Positions 13,503-25,494 of a stretch of 64,000 bases of DNA are shown piece after piece. Both the position numbers and the translations under genes were made by a program. This stretch comes from Podarcis pityusensis (Eukaryota), in assembly GCA_964106645.2 (NCBI GenBank), contig OZ067047.1; one strand, 5' to 3'. The notes beneath the pieces are model-generated. The model was not told the DNA's origin. It did no database searches and worked only from the letters and a program-made list of their open reading frames with translations. Positions within the stretch are counted from its first letter, which is position 1; each line of letters starts with the position of its first letter.

Positions 13503-14386
13503 GAAACCTACTTCAGATTATAACCTCCACTTCTTCTATAAACATATCCAGTCAATCTGATTGGGATTACATAGTAGGGTAGCATGGGGTAACTAATTCA
13601 ACATTCAACAGTCTTGAATATGATTCTACAGACAGTTGCTTATGCCAGGCATAGTCATTCACCTCTGGTACAAAGTGCTTCTTGTGCTAGGGCTGGACAA
13701 AGATTCTAAGAGGGGCATATCAAAAGTGACCCACAGCATGACCCATAAAACACAAAGCCTCTGCCTCCATGTAGTACCCTCTTGGAAAATTCCCACCCAA
13801 CAATTCTTCCTTTTCTCAGCGTCCATCTCATAATTTCACTCTCCACAACGGCTGCCCCACCTCATCTTGGCCAATAAGGATGTAATCTTTTATTTATTAT
13901 ATTTCAATACCCAAGAAGTTCAAGGTAGCATTCATGGATCTGCTCCCTATACCATTTTATCCTCATAACAATCCTGTGAGGTAGGCTGAAAGGTAGTGAC
14001 TTGGCCATGTTCACCTCGTGGCCAATGACTGACTGAACTCCCCTGATCATAGCGTGAGTGGTTTCATATTTAGTTTAGAATATGGAGGCTTCCTGCATCA
14101 TTCATGAAACAGGTTTAGCGTGTCAAAATCCACTCAAACAACAATCTCATTGACTTTGCCAAAGGTCAAGTTATGCTCCCACATTACATACATTCTAGAA
14201 ACATTTTCTCTTAATTTACTGTATTTATTGAAGAAAGGATTTTCAGTTGCACTGTTTAGAAGCCACATGTGCCTCACAACTCAGTTTCGTGCTTATTCAC
14301 CTACGTGTGCACACCCCTGCATATGCAAAGGCTTACGTGTTCTCTGTCCTGTAACAAAGTGGGTTAATGTGAAAGCATCAGGTAGG

Positions 14387-14546
14387 ATCATAGAATTGGA
14401 AGGGACCCCAAGGATCATCTACTCCAACCCTCTGTAATGCAGGAATCTCATCTAAAGTATCCATGGCAGATGGCCATCCAACCTCTGCTTAAAAACCTCC
14501 AAGGAGGACGAGTCCACAACCTCTCTAGGGAGACCATTCCACTTCC
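14387..14546 (-). mobile_element. CR1 LINE 3' end fragment
   Basis: Minus-strand peptide WNGLPREVVDSSSLEVFKQRLDGHL (CR1 ORF2 C-terminus) followed by a ttccaattctatgat tail. Confidence 0.8.
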
Positions 14547-16251
14547 ACAGTCCAGAAGAGGACTGCGTGATAAAATGATGGCAAGACTCTAGAGCAGGGC
14601 ACCTGTAGCCCTCCAGATGTTGCTGGCCTACAGTCTTCCTCATTCCTGAGCATTGGTCATGCTGGCTGGGGCTAATATGTGCCCAACAAACTCGAGGGTC
14701 ACAGGTTCCCCACCTGTAATCTGGGAATAAGGCCCATTGAACACAGTGGAGCTTACTTTGAGCAGACATGAATGAGGTTGCACTGGAAATCTTGTCCTGT
14801 TGGGAAGTTATAAAATCTACTTGTGTGTTCAAATGGTTGGTTTTACTCACTATCTTCTAGTTTCTGTTGTGGAAAACTCACAAGTCCTTAGTCAAGATCA
14901 TTCATACAAAGTAGCCACAAGTGTCTGTTAAAAAGACACTCCCTTCCCTCTAGGTAGGTAGAAGACTGGGAGCATTACTCATTTCTTAATGATGAAAAAC
15001 TAAGCCAGAGAATGATTAAGAGATTTAGGAAAAGTCACACGGGAAGTCTCAAGCCGCAGCTGGATTGAACTGAGATCTTGCTAATCCCTCTGTAGATGGG
15101 AACCCCTGACAGTATATAAGAATTCTTTTCTTTCACATTTTCTGTGCACACCTTAAACAAGTAGTTTTGTGTGGACAGGTTTACAGAGAAGTAATGGTCT
15201 TTTGGCAGACAGAGCCGATTGCAAAATCCATTGGGTAAACTGCTTCCTTGACAAAATGCTGCTTTTCCTTCTAGTTTCTTATGATTACATTTAGATCCCA
15301 CCTTTCCACCAAGGAGTTCAAGGTAGCTCCTTCTCCCTCTCTTCGTTTTACCTCTCCATTGTCTTCAAGAAGGAGAGAAAGAAAGAATGTTTCTGACATT
15401 TTGCTGCTTGCCCCCACAAGGGTCAAGCAAACAAAAGTTTGCAAAAGAAAGAAAGAAAACAAAAAAACCTTGGTGAGCACTTGCAAAGCAGCCTCTATCA
15501 CCACCCCTTCCATTCCTCTGCCCCAGGGCCCAGAAACCTGGGGCCTAACTACATGTGACATTAAAGATGTGATTAGTGGTAATAACAATAACAAGCATGG
15601 TGTATCAAGATTGCTGGGAGGGGATATTTAAGCCTATAGTGATAATGGGAGCCCCTCCCTAATTTTAATTGCATAGGAGGCAGGAGGATTTCATGAGGGC
15701 TCTAGATAGGGAGGGAAGGTTTAAACCATTCCTCTAAACTCTGTGTGCAGCAACTCCTCCATGCTTGGTATTTTTGTGTGTGCACAATATCTCTGCCAAT
15801 CATAGCAGCTATGTCACATGTAGCTAGGCTTTTACCTTCTGGAAAAGTAAAAGAAGATAGACGCAGTGGGCCACCTCCTTCTCATGTCCCAAGGGTGAGC
15901 TTGTAGGCCTTGGCATGGCCAGAAGGTGAAGAGACAAGAATGAAACTAATCCTCTGGCTCAGTGGCCAGCAAGGGCAGGGAAATCTGGTCCTCAGGATCT
16001 TCTTCAAATATCCACTGCTTTAAGCTGAGACATCTTCCTAGAGGGGCTTCCTGGACATTTTGTAATGCCAGGTTACTTGAAGTCATCTCAACGCAGGCTA
16101 GTCACATCAGGGGCAAAATCAGAAGCCAAAATTTGGTGCCTCCCCTGCCTCTCGCCTTCCATTTTGCTCAGTTCACTACATCATAGTTGTAGTGCACTGA
16201 GGCATCTCTTAGAACTGGTCATACTGCCCTAAACTTGCTTCTCATCGCATT

Positions 16252-16619
16252 AAAAGGTAAAGGTAAAGGACCTCTGACCCTTAAGTCCAGTCGCAAATGA
16301 CTCTGAGGTTGTGGCGCTCATCTTGCTTTTAGGCTGAGGGAGCCGACATTTGTCCACAGACAGTTTTCCAGGTCATGTGGCCAGCATGACTAAACTACTT
16401 CTGGCAAAACCAGAGCAGCACATGGAAATGCCGTTTACCTTCCCGTTGGAGTGGTACCTATTTATCTACTTGCACTTTGACATGCTTTCAAACTGCTAGG
16501 TTGGCAGGATCTGGGACCGAGCAATGGGAGCTCACCCCGTCGCGGGGATTTGAACTGCCAACCTTCCAATCGGCAAGCCCTAGGCTCATTGGTTTAGACC
16601 ACAGCACCACCCGTGTCCC
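16252..16619 (-). mobile_element. Sauria SINE, full length
   Basis: (ACCTTT)n tail, tRNA-derived head, ~370 bp; 11-bp TSD ctcatcgcatt (16241) / ctcatcacatt (16620). Confidence 0.88.
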
Positions 16620-16709
16620 CTCATCACATTTACCTAGGACCAAATTCCATTAAACACAATTGCAGTAGACGTAGACAGGACTTCACTGTAAACACAAACA
16701 TTAATCCTA

Positions 16710-16865
16710 ACTGTGAAACTATTGGTCCATCTAGAGTTAATGTCATCTACTCTGACTGGCACCTGCTGTCCAGGGTATCAGATATCTTGCCCAGCCCTAC
16801 CCAGGGATGGCAGGGATTGAATTGAGCCCCCCCCCCATGCAAAGCTTATGCATTCCCATTGAACC
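16710..16865 (-). mobile_element. Old tRNA-Ala-like SINE, degenerate
   Basis: Reverse-complement similarity to 20520-20695 and 52881-53046. Confidence 0.5.
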
Positions 16866-18242
16866 AAATCCACCAAAATTCTGCACATGTTCACTCAGAA
16901 GTAATTCTCATTTGCTTCCAAGTGAGTGTGCTTATGAAGGTAATTGTACGTAGGATGGCACCCTCAAATCTCCATTTCTATCTATTAAATGATGGGGTTA
17001 TAAGGCTTGATAGGTAGGTTCCCCTGAAATCAGTGAAAATTACTTAACATGCATTTAGGGCAAAATTGCTAGGGAGAACTTTTCCAATTACATGTAGAAT
17101 TCCCCAAGCCTTAGTTAGATTTCTTCAAAGCAGTGGGCATGTAGAAGGATGACATCCCAGTTAACCTCCGGTGGAAATTCAAACAGAATGAAGTATGTAT
17201 ATTTAGCACCATCTAGTGAGCAAACTTTGCCATAACTGTACGGTGATGATTTGCCTCACCTGTGGCACTGTGTAGTGTTTCTATGGAGAAAGTTTCCTGT
17301 CTAAATGTTTTTAATTATACTTTATAGTACAGAAAAATCTCCTTTTACCTGTGGAAAAGATTTAGGAGATTATTTAGAAAGTTTTGTAATGCTGAAACAT
17401 TTGCTTTTAATAGAAATCATAATGCCTAATAGAGATGTAAATAATGGAACAATAGTTTGTTTTGTGACTCTCTATTTACTATTAGAAGGCTTATCTAGAA
17501 GGAAAACCTATTAAACTCAGTAATACTTTCTTCCAAGCAGGAGTGCATAGTACTGCATTATAGTAATTCTAATGACATCTAAAATATATCTAAAAATTCA
17601 CCTTCATTCTTTATCTTGCTAAAAATTTGTTCAGTTGCTTTGATCTTCATAGGAGAAATCTCACATACTCACATCAACATTAGCTGTCCTAGTTTCATTA
17701 TTTATTTATTGTATTTACATGTGCAATTTCTAAACCACCCTTCATCAGTTATGATCACATGGCAATTTACAGTCAAACACCAGTACAGTAAACCAAAACA
17801 ATAAAATTCCAGTAATGCTTGGAAAACAGCTCCTGGAATGATAGTTTGCCTGTTGTTTTGGCAGCGACGATATTTTGCACACTATTCAATTAACAACATA
17901 GAAATAATAATAATGCATTAGTGTCTAAATTTTTTTTGCTGCTTATAAACACAGCTGCACAAAACCCTTGTTGACTGACATTGATGAAAGCTGTTTTTAA
18001 AGTGTGTGTGATTAGCAAATATATTGATTTTTGGTTGATGTATTTCTTGTGATGCATTTTGACCAACCTGCAATGCAAAAGAATGAGACAATGTACAGAA
18101 TGCAAATTCAGTTTGTGGATTGAACGTTTGAGTGTAAAAATTAGGGTGCTGGGGGTTTTCTTCCTGGATTATTTGTTGCCTCTCCATTTAGGAGAAATGC
18201 TGTATTTTGTAGCTGACATGTATTGTGTCTAATTTCAAACAG

Positions 18243-18484
18243 CTTGAAATAATGCTGGAGCCCAAGGTCTGGAGAGAAGCTGCTACTCAGGTGTTCTTTG
18301 CCTTAGGGCTTGGATTTGGTGGAGTCATTGCCTTTTCAAGCTACAACAAGAGAGACAACAACTGCCATTTCGATGCTGTTCTGGTGTCCTTCATCAATTT
18401 TTTCACTTCTGTGCTGGCAACTTTGGTGGTGTTTGCTGTTCTGGGCTTCAAAGCAAATATCATAAATGAGAAATGCATTATCCA
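18243..18484 (+). CDS. SLC6A15: SLC6A15 coding exon (about exon 7), [35 protein letters not shown]...NEKCII
   Basis: TM6 [11 protein letters not shown] and TM7; aaacAG / GTatga; 242 bp. Confidence 0.96.
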
Positions 18485-18595
18485 GTATGAATATTCATTT
18501 CCTTATCCATTTTTATAGTATATTTCACTTAGGAATTCCCACAGCAATTCTTTGGACTGATGGTGTGTATGCCTATATTCCCTTGTGTTTTGCAG

Positions 18596-18785
18596 AAATT
18601 CCGAGAAGATTGTCAATCTTTTGAATGTCGGCAATCTGAGCAAGGCTATTATACCTCATCATATTAATTTATCTAGCATCACAGCAGAAGATTATAATTT
18701 GGTTTATGATATAATCCAGAAGGTCAAAGAAGAAGAGTTTCCCCTTGGTCTAAAGCCTTGCCAGATTGAAGATGAACTTGACAAG
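18596..18785 (+). CDS. SLC6A15: SLC6A15 coding exon (about exon 8), [12 protein letters not shown]...CQIEDELDK
   Basis: ttttgcAG / GTgaga; 190 bp, restores frame with the previous exon; EL4 loop typical of the SLC6A15/17 subgroup. Confidence 0.93.
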
Positions 18786-18845
18786 GTGAGAGTGATACTT
18801 CCATCTTTGATGCAAAGATTACAGACTGTTTTAATAATCCTTATT

Positions 18846-19683
18846 TTTTTAAAAAAATAATATTTATTAATTTTCAACCGTTTAAAGACAACAAAGCAGA
18901 AAGACAGAAAAAGAAAGAACAAAAAAAACCAAAAAAGAAAAACATAAAACTGACAAAGAAAAACACAAACCATTTCAAATACAAAACAGTTTCAATGTCT
19001 TATCTTTCATTCCCTTATTTCCACGACCTCCTCACACCTCCCTTTTTGTTTCCCACTTCTATAAATTATTTCAGCAATTCCTTTCCATCTTCCTCTGTTT
19101 TCCATCCTATAATTATCTTAACATAGTCTAGCCTTATTTTTCCCTTTAATACACTATTAATCTATTTATACTTAATTCCTTATAGCATTTCTACTAAAGC
19201 CATATAATTTCATTCCAACATTTTTCTAACATTCATTATTTTTACAGTATTTCTATAAAAAGTCTTAAACTTTTTCCAGTCTTCTTCCACCAACTCTTCT
19301 CCCTGGTCTCGTATTTCTGCCAGTCGTTTCCGCCAATTCCATATAGTCCATCAACTTCATCTGCCATTCTTCCCGAATGGATAAATCTTGTGTCTTCCAG
19401 TACTTCACAATGAGTATTCTTGCTGCTATTGTTGCATACATGAGACAAATTCTATCCTTCTTTAACACCAATTGGCCGACCATGCCCAGGAGAAAGGCCT
19501 CTGGTTTCTTCGAAAGGGTATATTTAAATTCCTTTTTCATTTTGTTGTGAATCATCTCCCAGAGTGTCTTAATCCTTGGGCATGTCCACCAAAGGTGGGC
19601 TCTAATCTTCAAATTCGTCTGTTTTTCTTTAAGTTCAGTCATAGCAAGCGTCAATTTATGTTCATCCAATTGCCTCTGTAGGG
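18846..19683 (-). mobile_element. 5'-truncated L1 (ORF2 C-terminus, 3'UTR, poly(A)) with an 86-bp foreign 5' segment
   Basis: HLWWTCPRIK...KKPEAFLLGMVGQ...EEWQMKLMDYMELAE is homologous to the ORF2 at 35982-38666; 20-bp TSD ctgttttaataatccttatt at 18826-18845 and 19684-19703. Confidence 0.9.
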
Positions 19684-19922
19684 CTGTTTTAATAATCCTT
19701 ATTATAATCCTTATTATAATCCTTATTGACTGCAGGACAATTTTGATATTTATATATATTTTCCACTTCCTAATAGCTAATAGCTTTTCTGACTCCATTG
19801 TTCTGCTCCCTCTTTCCTCCTCCTTCTCTCTTCATTGATTTTGCCCACCTTATACAATATTTTGACTTGATTTGCCCCTGTTTTGCCACCCAGGTTTAAT
19901 GCTTTGGCTTTCTCCTTGGCAG

Positions 19923-20115
19923 GCTGTTCAAGGAACTGGTCTAGCTTTCATTGCCTTTACAGAAGCCATGACCCACTTTCCTGCTTCTCCTTTCTGGTCA
20001 GTGATGTTCTTCCTTATGCTGGTTAATCTGGGGCTCGGCAGCATGTTTGGAACCATTGAAGGCATCACGACACCAATAGTTGATACTTTCAAAGTGAGAA
20101 AAGAAATTCTGACTG
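19923..20115 (+). CDS. SLC6A15: SLC6A15 coding exon (about exon 9), [64 protein letters not shown]
   Basis: GTGLAF motif and TM8; ttggcAG / GTgagt; 193 bp. Confidence 0.96.
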
Positions 20116-20519
20116 GTGAGTTGTTACGGATTTCTTTTCTTCAGTTCTACTTCATTCTAGGAAATGTTAACAATCAAAATGATCCGCTTGGAGACATGGT
20201 GGCAGAAAATTCCATTTCTACCAACACAAAACAAGTTGCCAAAATTTTGCAGCCATAATTCTTCACAAATAAAAAGAAACGAGACCTAATTATATTAGGG
20301 GTTCCTATATTAAAAAGAGTGACAAGTGAGCCACATACTCTGAACTCATATATTTGACAGTGGTTTGTTCAGAAACATGGTAAAGGGTAAAGGAAACATG
20401 GATATATCATTCAAGGAGACAATTTAGTACAGAAGCCTGAAATCTTTCTTTTTCAAAGCAGAGTGCTATTTTCTCCTGTTCTGATTACCATTCATCCATT
20501 CCTGTACTATTTAGCTGAA

Positions 20520-20695
20520 GAGTCATATTTCAATGGTAAGGCAATTGTTTTGCATTGCATAAAGTCCTGGGTTCAAACCCCAGCACCTCCAGGGAGGGCT
20601 AGGCATGCCCCTGGTCTGGAACCCTGTAGAGTCACTGCCAACCTTTGTACACAATATTGAACTCGATGGACCAATGGTCTGACTTGGCAGCTAGG
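20520..20695 (+). mobile_element. Old tRNA-Ala-like SINE, degenerate
   Basis: tRNA-like head (tggtaaggc...ttgcat...gggttcaaaccccagcacctcca) plus gatggaccaatggtctga tail. Confidence 0.55.
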
Positions 20696-20806
20696 AGATA
20701 CAGTAGTTTGTTTTGTTTCTGAATGCAGGAGAACCTCTCTTCACAATTCTGGATACTGAAACCACTATCTCTACATTTGTTTGCTTGTTTGTTGTACTTA
20801 TTTATA

Positions 20807-20886
20807 CAGGGCAAGTCCTTTAAAAGAGGCCCAGTGGATACAGAGTACACATGTTCCACAGGGCCTCTTTTAAAAGACTCACCCTG
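20807..20886. mobile_element. 80-bp Tc1/mariner-type hairpin MITE
   Basis: Inverted arms cagggcaagtcctttaaaagaggccc / gggcctcttttaaaagactcaccctg; TA on both sides. Confidence 0.8.
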
Positions 20887-21379
20887 TAGTTACAGTATTT
20901 GTGTCTCTTCATACAACATGAAACCAAGCATAAGAGCAAGAATAAAATAGGAACCTAAAATGCTCATCCATAAATATATATATAAAGGCAGATCCAAATT
21001 AAACCCAACCCATGCCCAAGTTGAGCACAATCATTTTTACAGTTAGAGGAGGTACCACATTCACTTAATCATGAAATCTCCCATGTCAGGTGTTCACTTC
21101 TAGCATTTTGAGGGGTGTGAGGGTCAGAGTGGGGAAAGGCTCAAGTCCATTCTCAGTCTCACCACATCTGGAGGTGAAGGGTAGGGAAGAAATGAGAGAA
21201 CAATCCCCTTGTATTCCCTTACTTTACAATAGCCTCTTCCGTGCAAGAAGAAAAGATACTGTATCCACTAACCCCAAAAAATAATAATAATCAGAGAAGC
21301 ACTGTATCTAGAATATATCAAGAATATGAATGGATGTTTGATATCTCTTCCCTTATCTTACTTCTGTGCTTTATTGCAG

Positions 21380-21539
21380 TTGTCTGCTGTCTTCTGGCCT
21401 TTTGCATTGGCTTAATATTTGTACAGCGGTCTGGTAATTACTTTGTAACTATGTTTGATGACTATTCAGCCACATTGCCTTTGCTTATTGTCGTCATTTT
21501 GGAGAATATTGCCATGTCTTATGTTTACGGGATAGACAA
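21380..21539 (+). CDS. SLC6A15: SLC6A15 coding exon (about exon 10), [53 protein letters not shown]
   Basis: ttattgcAG / GTaagt; 160 bp. Confidence 0.96.
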
Positions 21540-21670
21540 GTAAGTGCACATCTTGAGTTGTTCATATAGCTAACATTGTTGGCAATTATGAGCATCACAA
21601 AACCATACATTAGCAGCAGCCCACTTGAGCTAATGATGTTCTTTTTTCTCCACTGCCTCTCCCACTCCAG

Positions 21671-21833
21671 ATTCATGGAAGACCTAAAGGATATGCTTGG
21701 CTTTTCACCAAATCCGTACTATTACTATACATGGAAATATATCTCCCCAATTGTTTTGTTATCTTTGCTGGTAGCTAGCATTGTCCAAATGATATTAAGT
21801 CCCCCTGGTTACAATGCATGGATTGAAGATAAG
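21671..21833 (+). CDS. SLC6A15: SLC6A15 coding exon (about exon 11), [26 protein letters not shown]...GYNAWIEDK
   Basis: cccactccAG / GTgagt; 163 bp. Confidence 0.95.
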
Positions 21834-22830
21834 GTGAGTGATGATTTTTAAAAAGAAACATGCATCATCAATGACTGTAAGTTTTAGGCATATAGAGTGC
21901 ATATATGACCACATAGATTCTTTTTGCATTGTATTTTATAAATGCACACAAAGTGCACAGTGCTGCTAGATCACTGCAGCAACCTTGTAAATAACCCTAC
22001 AAAAATAAAATAAACTCTGCAGACAGATTAATAGCCTGTATTTTTATAGTAGCTGTTGAGAAGGGGACGTTTCTCCTCCTCTGTAGCCAGCATGGAAACA
22101 TAGAACAGGAGATCTTAACAGTCTGGAAAACAGACTTGTGTGAGAGAGATGGAGTGATCCATTCTTCCTCTACTAGCTTACTGTGTTTTAATGCTTGTTG
22201 TGAAGGTAGAGACTTATCTTCGTCCGCTACTGGCATAGAAACCAAGAGGACTTGCAAAAGAATGACAGAATGATCTAGAAGGGGGCATCCACCTGCTCTA
22301 TCAGCTTCCTCACTTGCCTGCATGAATCCCTTGTTGCCAATGGCGGTCAGATGAATTGTTACATACAAGGCTATATGGCACAAAAAGGGACTTGATCTAA
22401 TTACCCTACAATTGCATGAAGGTTGTCTTTTAAGTGTTTTATTAATGCTCATATATGTGCATTGGTGATGTGGAGGATGTAAAAGGCCTGTATTAATGGA
22501 AGGAGCTGTGTGGCAGACTGTGGGCACATAGTTCACAACTGCACACAGTTTGCAACATAAACAAGAAGAAGAACAGAAGATTCTTAATGCATCAATAGTA
22601 CTTTGCGGGGGGGGGGGGGGACGACAGGGGAATTTTGGAATTCCAAAAAACCAGGGAGAAATTTGGATAAGGAGAATTTTGGAAACACCTCTATTTCTGC
22701 ACTTACAATTTGGGGAGGAATTAATGAAACAACTTAAAAAAGAAAGGTTTCTGAGAGAGCAGTACAAGCCTAGGCTTAAGGAAGGCAGATGTGCAAATGA
22801 TCTTTCTGAATTTTTTCTTGGTCTATGCAG

Positions 22831-23202
22831 GCGACCGAGGAATTTCAAAACTACCCAACCTGGGGGCTGATAGTCTGTGTGTCCTTGATTGTTTTTGCAA
22901 TGCTCCCTGTCCCGGTAGTCTACCTGATTCGCCGCTGCAACCTTATCGACGATAGCTCTGGCAGTTTGGCAGCGGTTTCCTACAAAAGGGGGCGTATTAT
23001 AAAGGAGCCTGTGAATCTCGAGGGAGATGACACCAGCCTGATTCATGGCAAGAGTCCAAGCGAGGTGCCGTCTCCAAATTTTGGCAAAAACATATACCGG
23101 AAACAGACTGGTTCTCCAACTGTGGACACTGCCCCCAATGGCCGCTATGGTATCGGTTACATAATGGCAAACATGTCGGATATGCCAGAGTCTGACTTGT
23201 AG
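22831..23202 (+). CDS. SLC6A15: SLC6A15 last coding exon, [16 protein letters not shown]...[21 protein letters not shown]
   Basis: ctatgcAG acceptor; TAG at 23200-23202; C-terminus MPESDL matches SLC6A15 rather than SLC6A17. Confidence 0.96.
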   Translation, partial: ATEEFQNYPTWGLIVCVSLIVFAMLPVPVVYLIRRCNLIDDSSGSLAAVSYKRGRIIKEPVNLEGDDTSLIHGKSPSEVPSPNFGKNIYRKQTGSPTVDTAPNGRYGIGYIMANMSDMPESDL

Positions 23203-24270
23203 CTGCAATGCAGTGTTGATGCCTCTGTTTTTGGAACATTTGTTTCTCTTAAGAGAAGTGGTCAGCCTCACTTACCAGAGTGCAATCTCAGGTGCCCCAT
23301 GACTCTGTGCTTAAAAACATCCTGACATGTGGTACAAACAAACAGCTTGACAATTCCCTTTGGCTTGATTTTTTCTGGTTTCCATTTGTACTGAAGGGAA
23401 TGCACATAAAAATATCAGTCAGTGATGGCATAGCCTTGCCAGGATTGCCAATTTTTTAAAGAATTATTTTTGCATTTAATTTGAAAGTTTTCTATCTTTA
23501 AAGTACAGGTGTTACCTCAGTTTGTAACAATTTTTTAAGTGAATTCATATTTCTCTACTGCTGTAACTGGAATTTCCTTCTTTGTTCCTGCAAGTTAACT
23601 CCCCCAGTATTGGAAGAAAAAATTAGCTCCAAAGAGTTCGCCAATTCTGTATTGACTGCACTTATTTGTACATACGTTTTGTAGATATCCTGTACTTTTT
23701 TTAAGCACTCGCAATTCCTTAGGCTATTAGCTGAGTAAAGAAAAGCAAAACAAACAAATTTTAAACCCTGCAGATTATTTTCTTACATGTAATAGCTGTA
23801 TAGAGCAATAGTATTAGAAAACCAAGTATAATGATGCTGGAAACACAAAATTCCTCACACTCTGGGGAACTGCATATGATGTGGCTGTATTTTACATACT
23901 ATATTTGGTTTTTTCAGTGTGAAAATTATGTAAGACTGAGTCGCTCCAAGACTCTTAAAAGATTGTGCAGATTCTGCATTTTTCTAAGCTGTGTGCCTAA
24001 AATAAAAATAAAAACCCTTCCTAATATTTATTGTGGTTACAAGATTATATATATTATATTTATATATAATATACTTGTAATGTACATATGTATAGTAATG
24101 TTGTATGTAACAGCTTCAAACCCTGAAGCAAGATGGCTTTAAACCTGTTTTTTTTTCTGTTTTGCTTGTTTTATGCAAAAAAGAAATCCCCTCCTAAGTC
24201 AGTGATAATTAAAAATTGTATACCATTACATTTAATCTAGGAATAAAGAGTGTGGAAAGGTGTTTTCTTT
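23203..24270 (+). other. SLC6A15: SLC6A15 3'UTR (approximate end)
   Basis: AT-rich and repeat-free between the stop codon and the poly(A) signals; end inferred. Confidence 0.65.
24001..24012 (+). terminator. Tandem AATAAA poly(A) signals (possible proximal site)
   Basis: aataaaaataaa at 24001-24012. Confidence 0.45.
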
Positions 24271-24280
24271 GTACTTTCTG
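24242..24280 (+). terminator. AATAAA poly(A) signal with downstream GT/T-rich element
   Basis: AATAAA 24242-24247, then tgttttctttgtactttctg; repeat-like sequence begins soon after. Confidence 0.6.
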
Positions 24281-25040
24281 GAAATTTGGTGCTGGATTTG
24301 GGGCAGGTGGTCCCTAGCTAGCCCAGGTTGGTGGAGCTAAGTATTCCTATTTAAACATCCATAATTAAAATGTACAACAAACAAGCCCATTAAACCAGCA
24401 CATAAATTAAAACAGCAATGAAAACAATTAAAACAAGAGGTTAAAGTTTGGAGATCAGGGAACTGCTTGTCTATATAGGCGTTGTCTTCAAGAGCCGGCA
24501 GAATGCCAATACTGATAGGGCCTTTCATACTTAATATATTTACTAGACAGTGGAGGGGATGTACCAATGTCTCTGCAGGACAGCCAGGCTGAACAAAGAA
24601 GCTGCATATTTGAAAACAGACTCAGACGAATGGAACCACCAATGTTTCTGTGTTCTTGATTGCTGGAGCAGAGGCCTGCTGAATTCTGGGTCTGTCTTGA
24701 AATAGCCAGGCTTTTGTGTAGCTGTGCAAATCGTGCTCTGATATTCAGAGGCAGAGTGAAGCTGCTTTCAGCAAAAAAGGGCATGTGAAGGAAAGCATAC
24801 TGTGTCTGACTTCAGATCAGAAGACTGCAAGATTGGATCCTGCCTGGCCTAAACTCCAGGCCACTGGCTTTTGCACTGAGGCTGTGCACAGTTTGTGGCC
24901 CTCTTTTCTGCTGGTCTCTCAGTGGAAAGTATTTAGGCAGCCGGAAGCAGGGAGTATCTGCTGGGCTTGATCAGTGGCCATTGTGCTCTGTGTAGTAATA
25001 GAAGGTTGCCACTGTGCACAGCAAGGCTCAAACAAGCTTT

Positions 25041-25088
25041 CATCATCATCATCATCATCACCACCACCACCACACACACACACACACC
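25041..25088. repeat. Compound (CAT)n(CAC)n(CA)n microsatellite
   Basis: Seen directly. Confidence 0.9.
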
Positions 25089-25134
25089 ATTAAATGGTGG
25101 CCAGCTCTAACCCTCATCAGCCTGAGCTATGGAA

Positions 25135-25400
25135 GTCTTCTTCTTGTTGTTTATTAAAATTGTATAACGCCCTATACCTGTAGATCTCAGGGCAGTTCAC
25201 AACATAAAATCACAATATAAAAAACAGAAAATACATAATAAAAACAAAAACAACCACCACCCAATAATTCCCCTTCCACAGCACATTTTAAAATGGCATC
25301 AGATGTCAATCACCCAAAGGCCTGGTTAAAGAGGAATGTGCCAGCCCAACCTCCTTGGGGAGAGCATTCCACAAATGGGGAACCACTGCAGAAAAGGCAG
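25135..25400 (-). mobile_element. L2 LINE 3' end fragment
   Basis: gagcattccacaaatggggaaccactgcagaaaaggc is the antisense of an AFSAVVP.LWNALP motif; 3'UTR shared with 62875-63430. Confidence 0.65.
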
Positions 25401-25494
25401 TGGCTTGTTATGCCAAGCCCAAATCCCCCACCGCCCTGGTTCCAGTCCAAAACACATTAGACAGATGCTCTTACTTCATTCAGGCAAGTAACAA

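Noticed and set aside
22049-22273. Alternative coding exon in the last SLC6A15 intron (~75 open codons)
   Set aside because: No SLC6 similarity, a weak donor, and a length compatible with chance
3690-23202. Assignment as SLC6A17 or SLC6A16
   Set aside because: The C-terminus MPESDL and the exon peptides ([33 protein letters not shown]) fit SLC6A15 better
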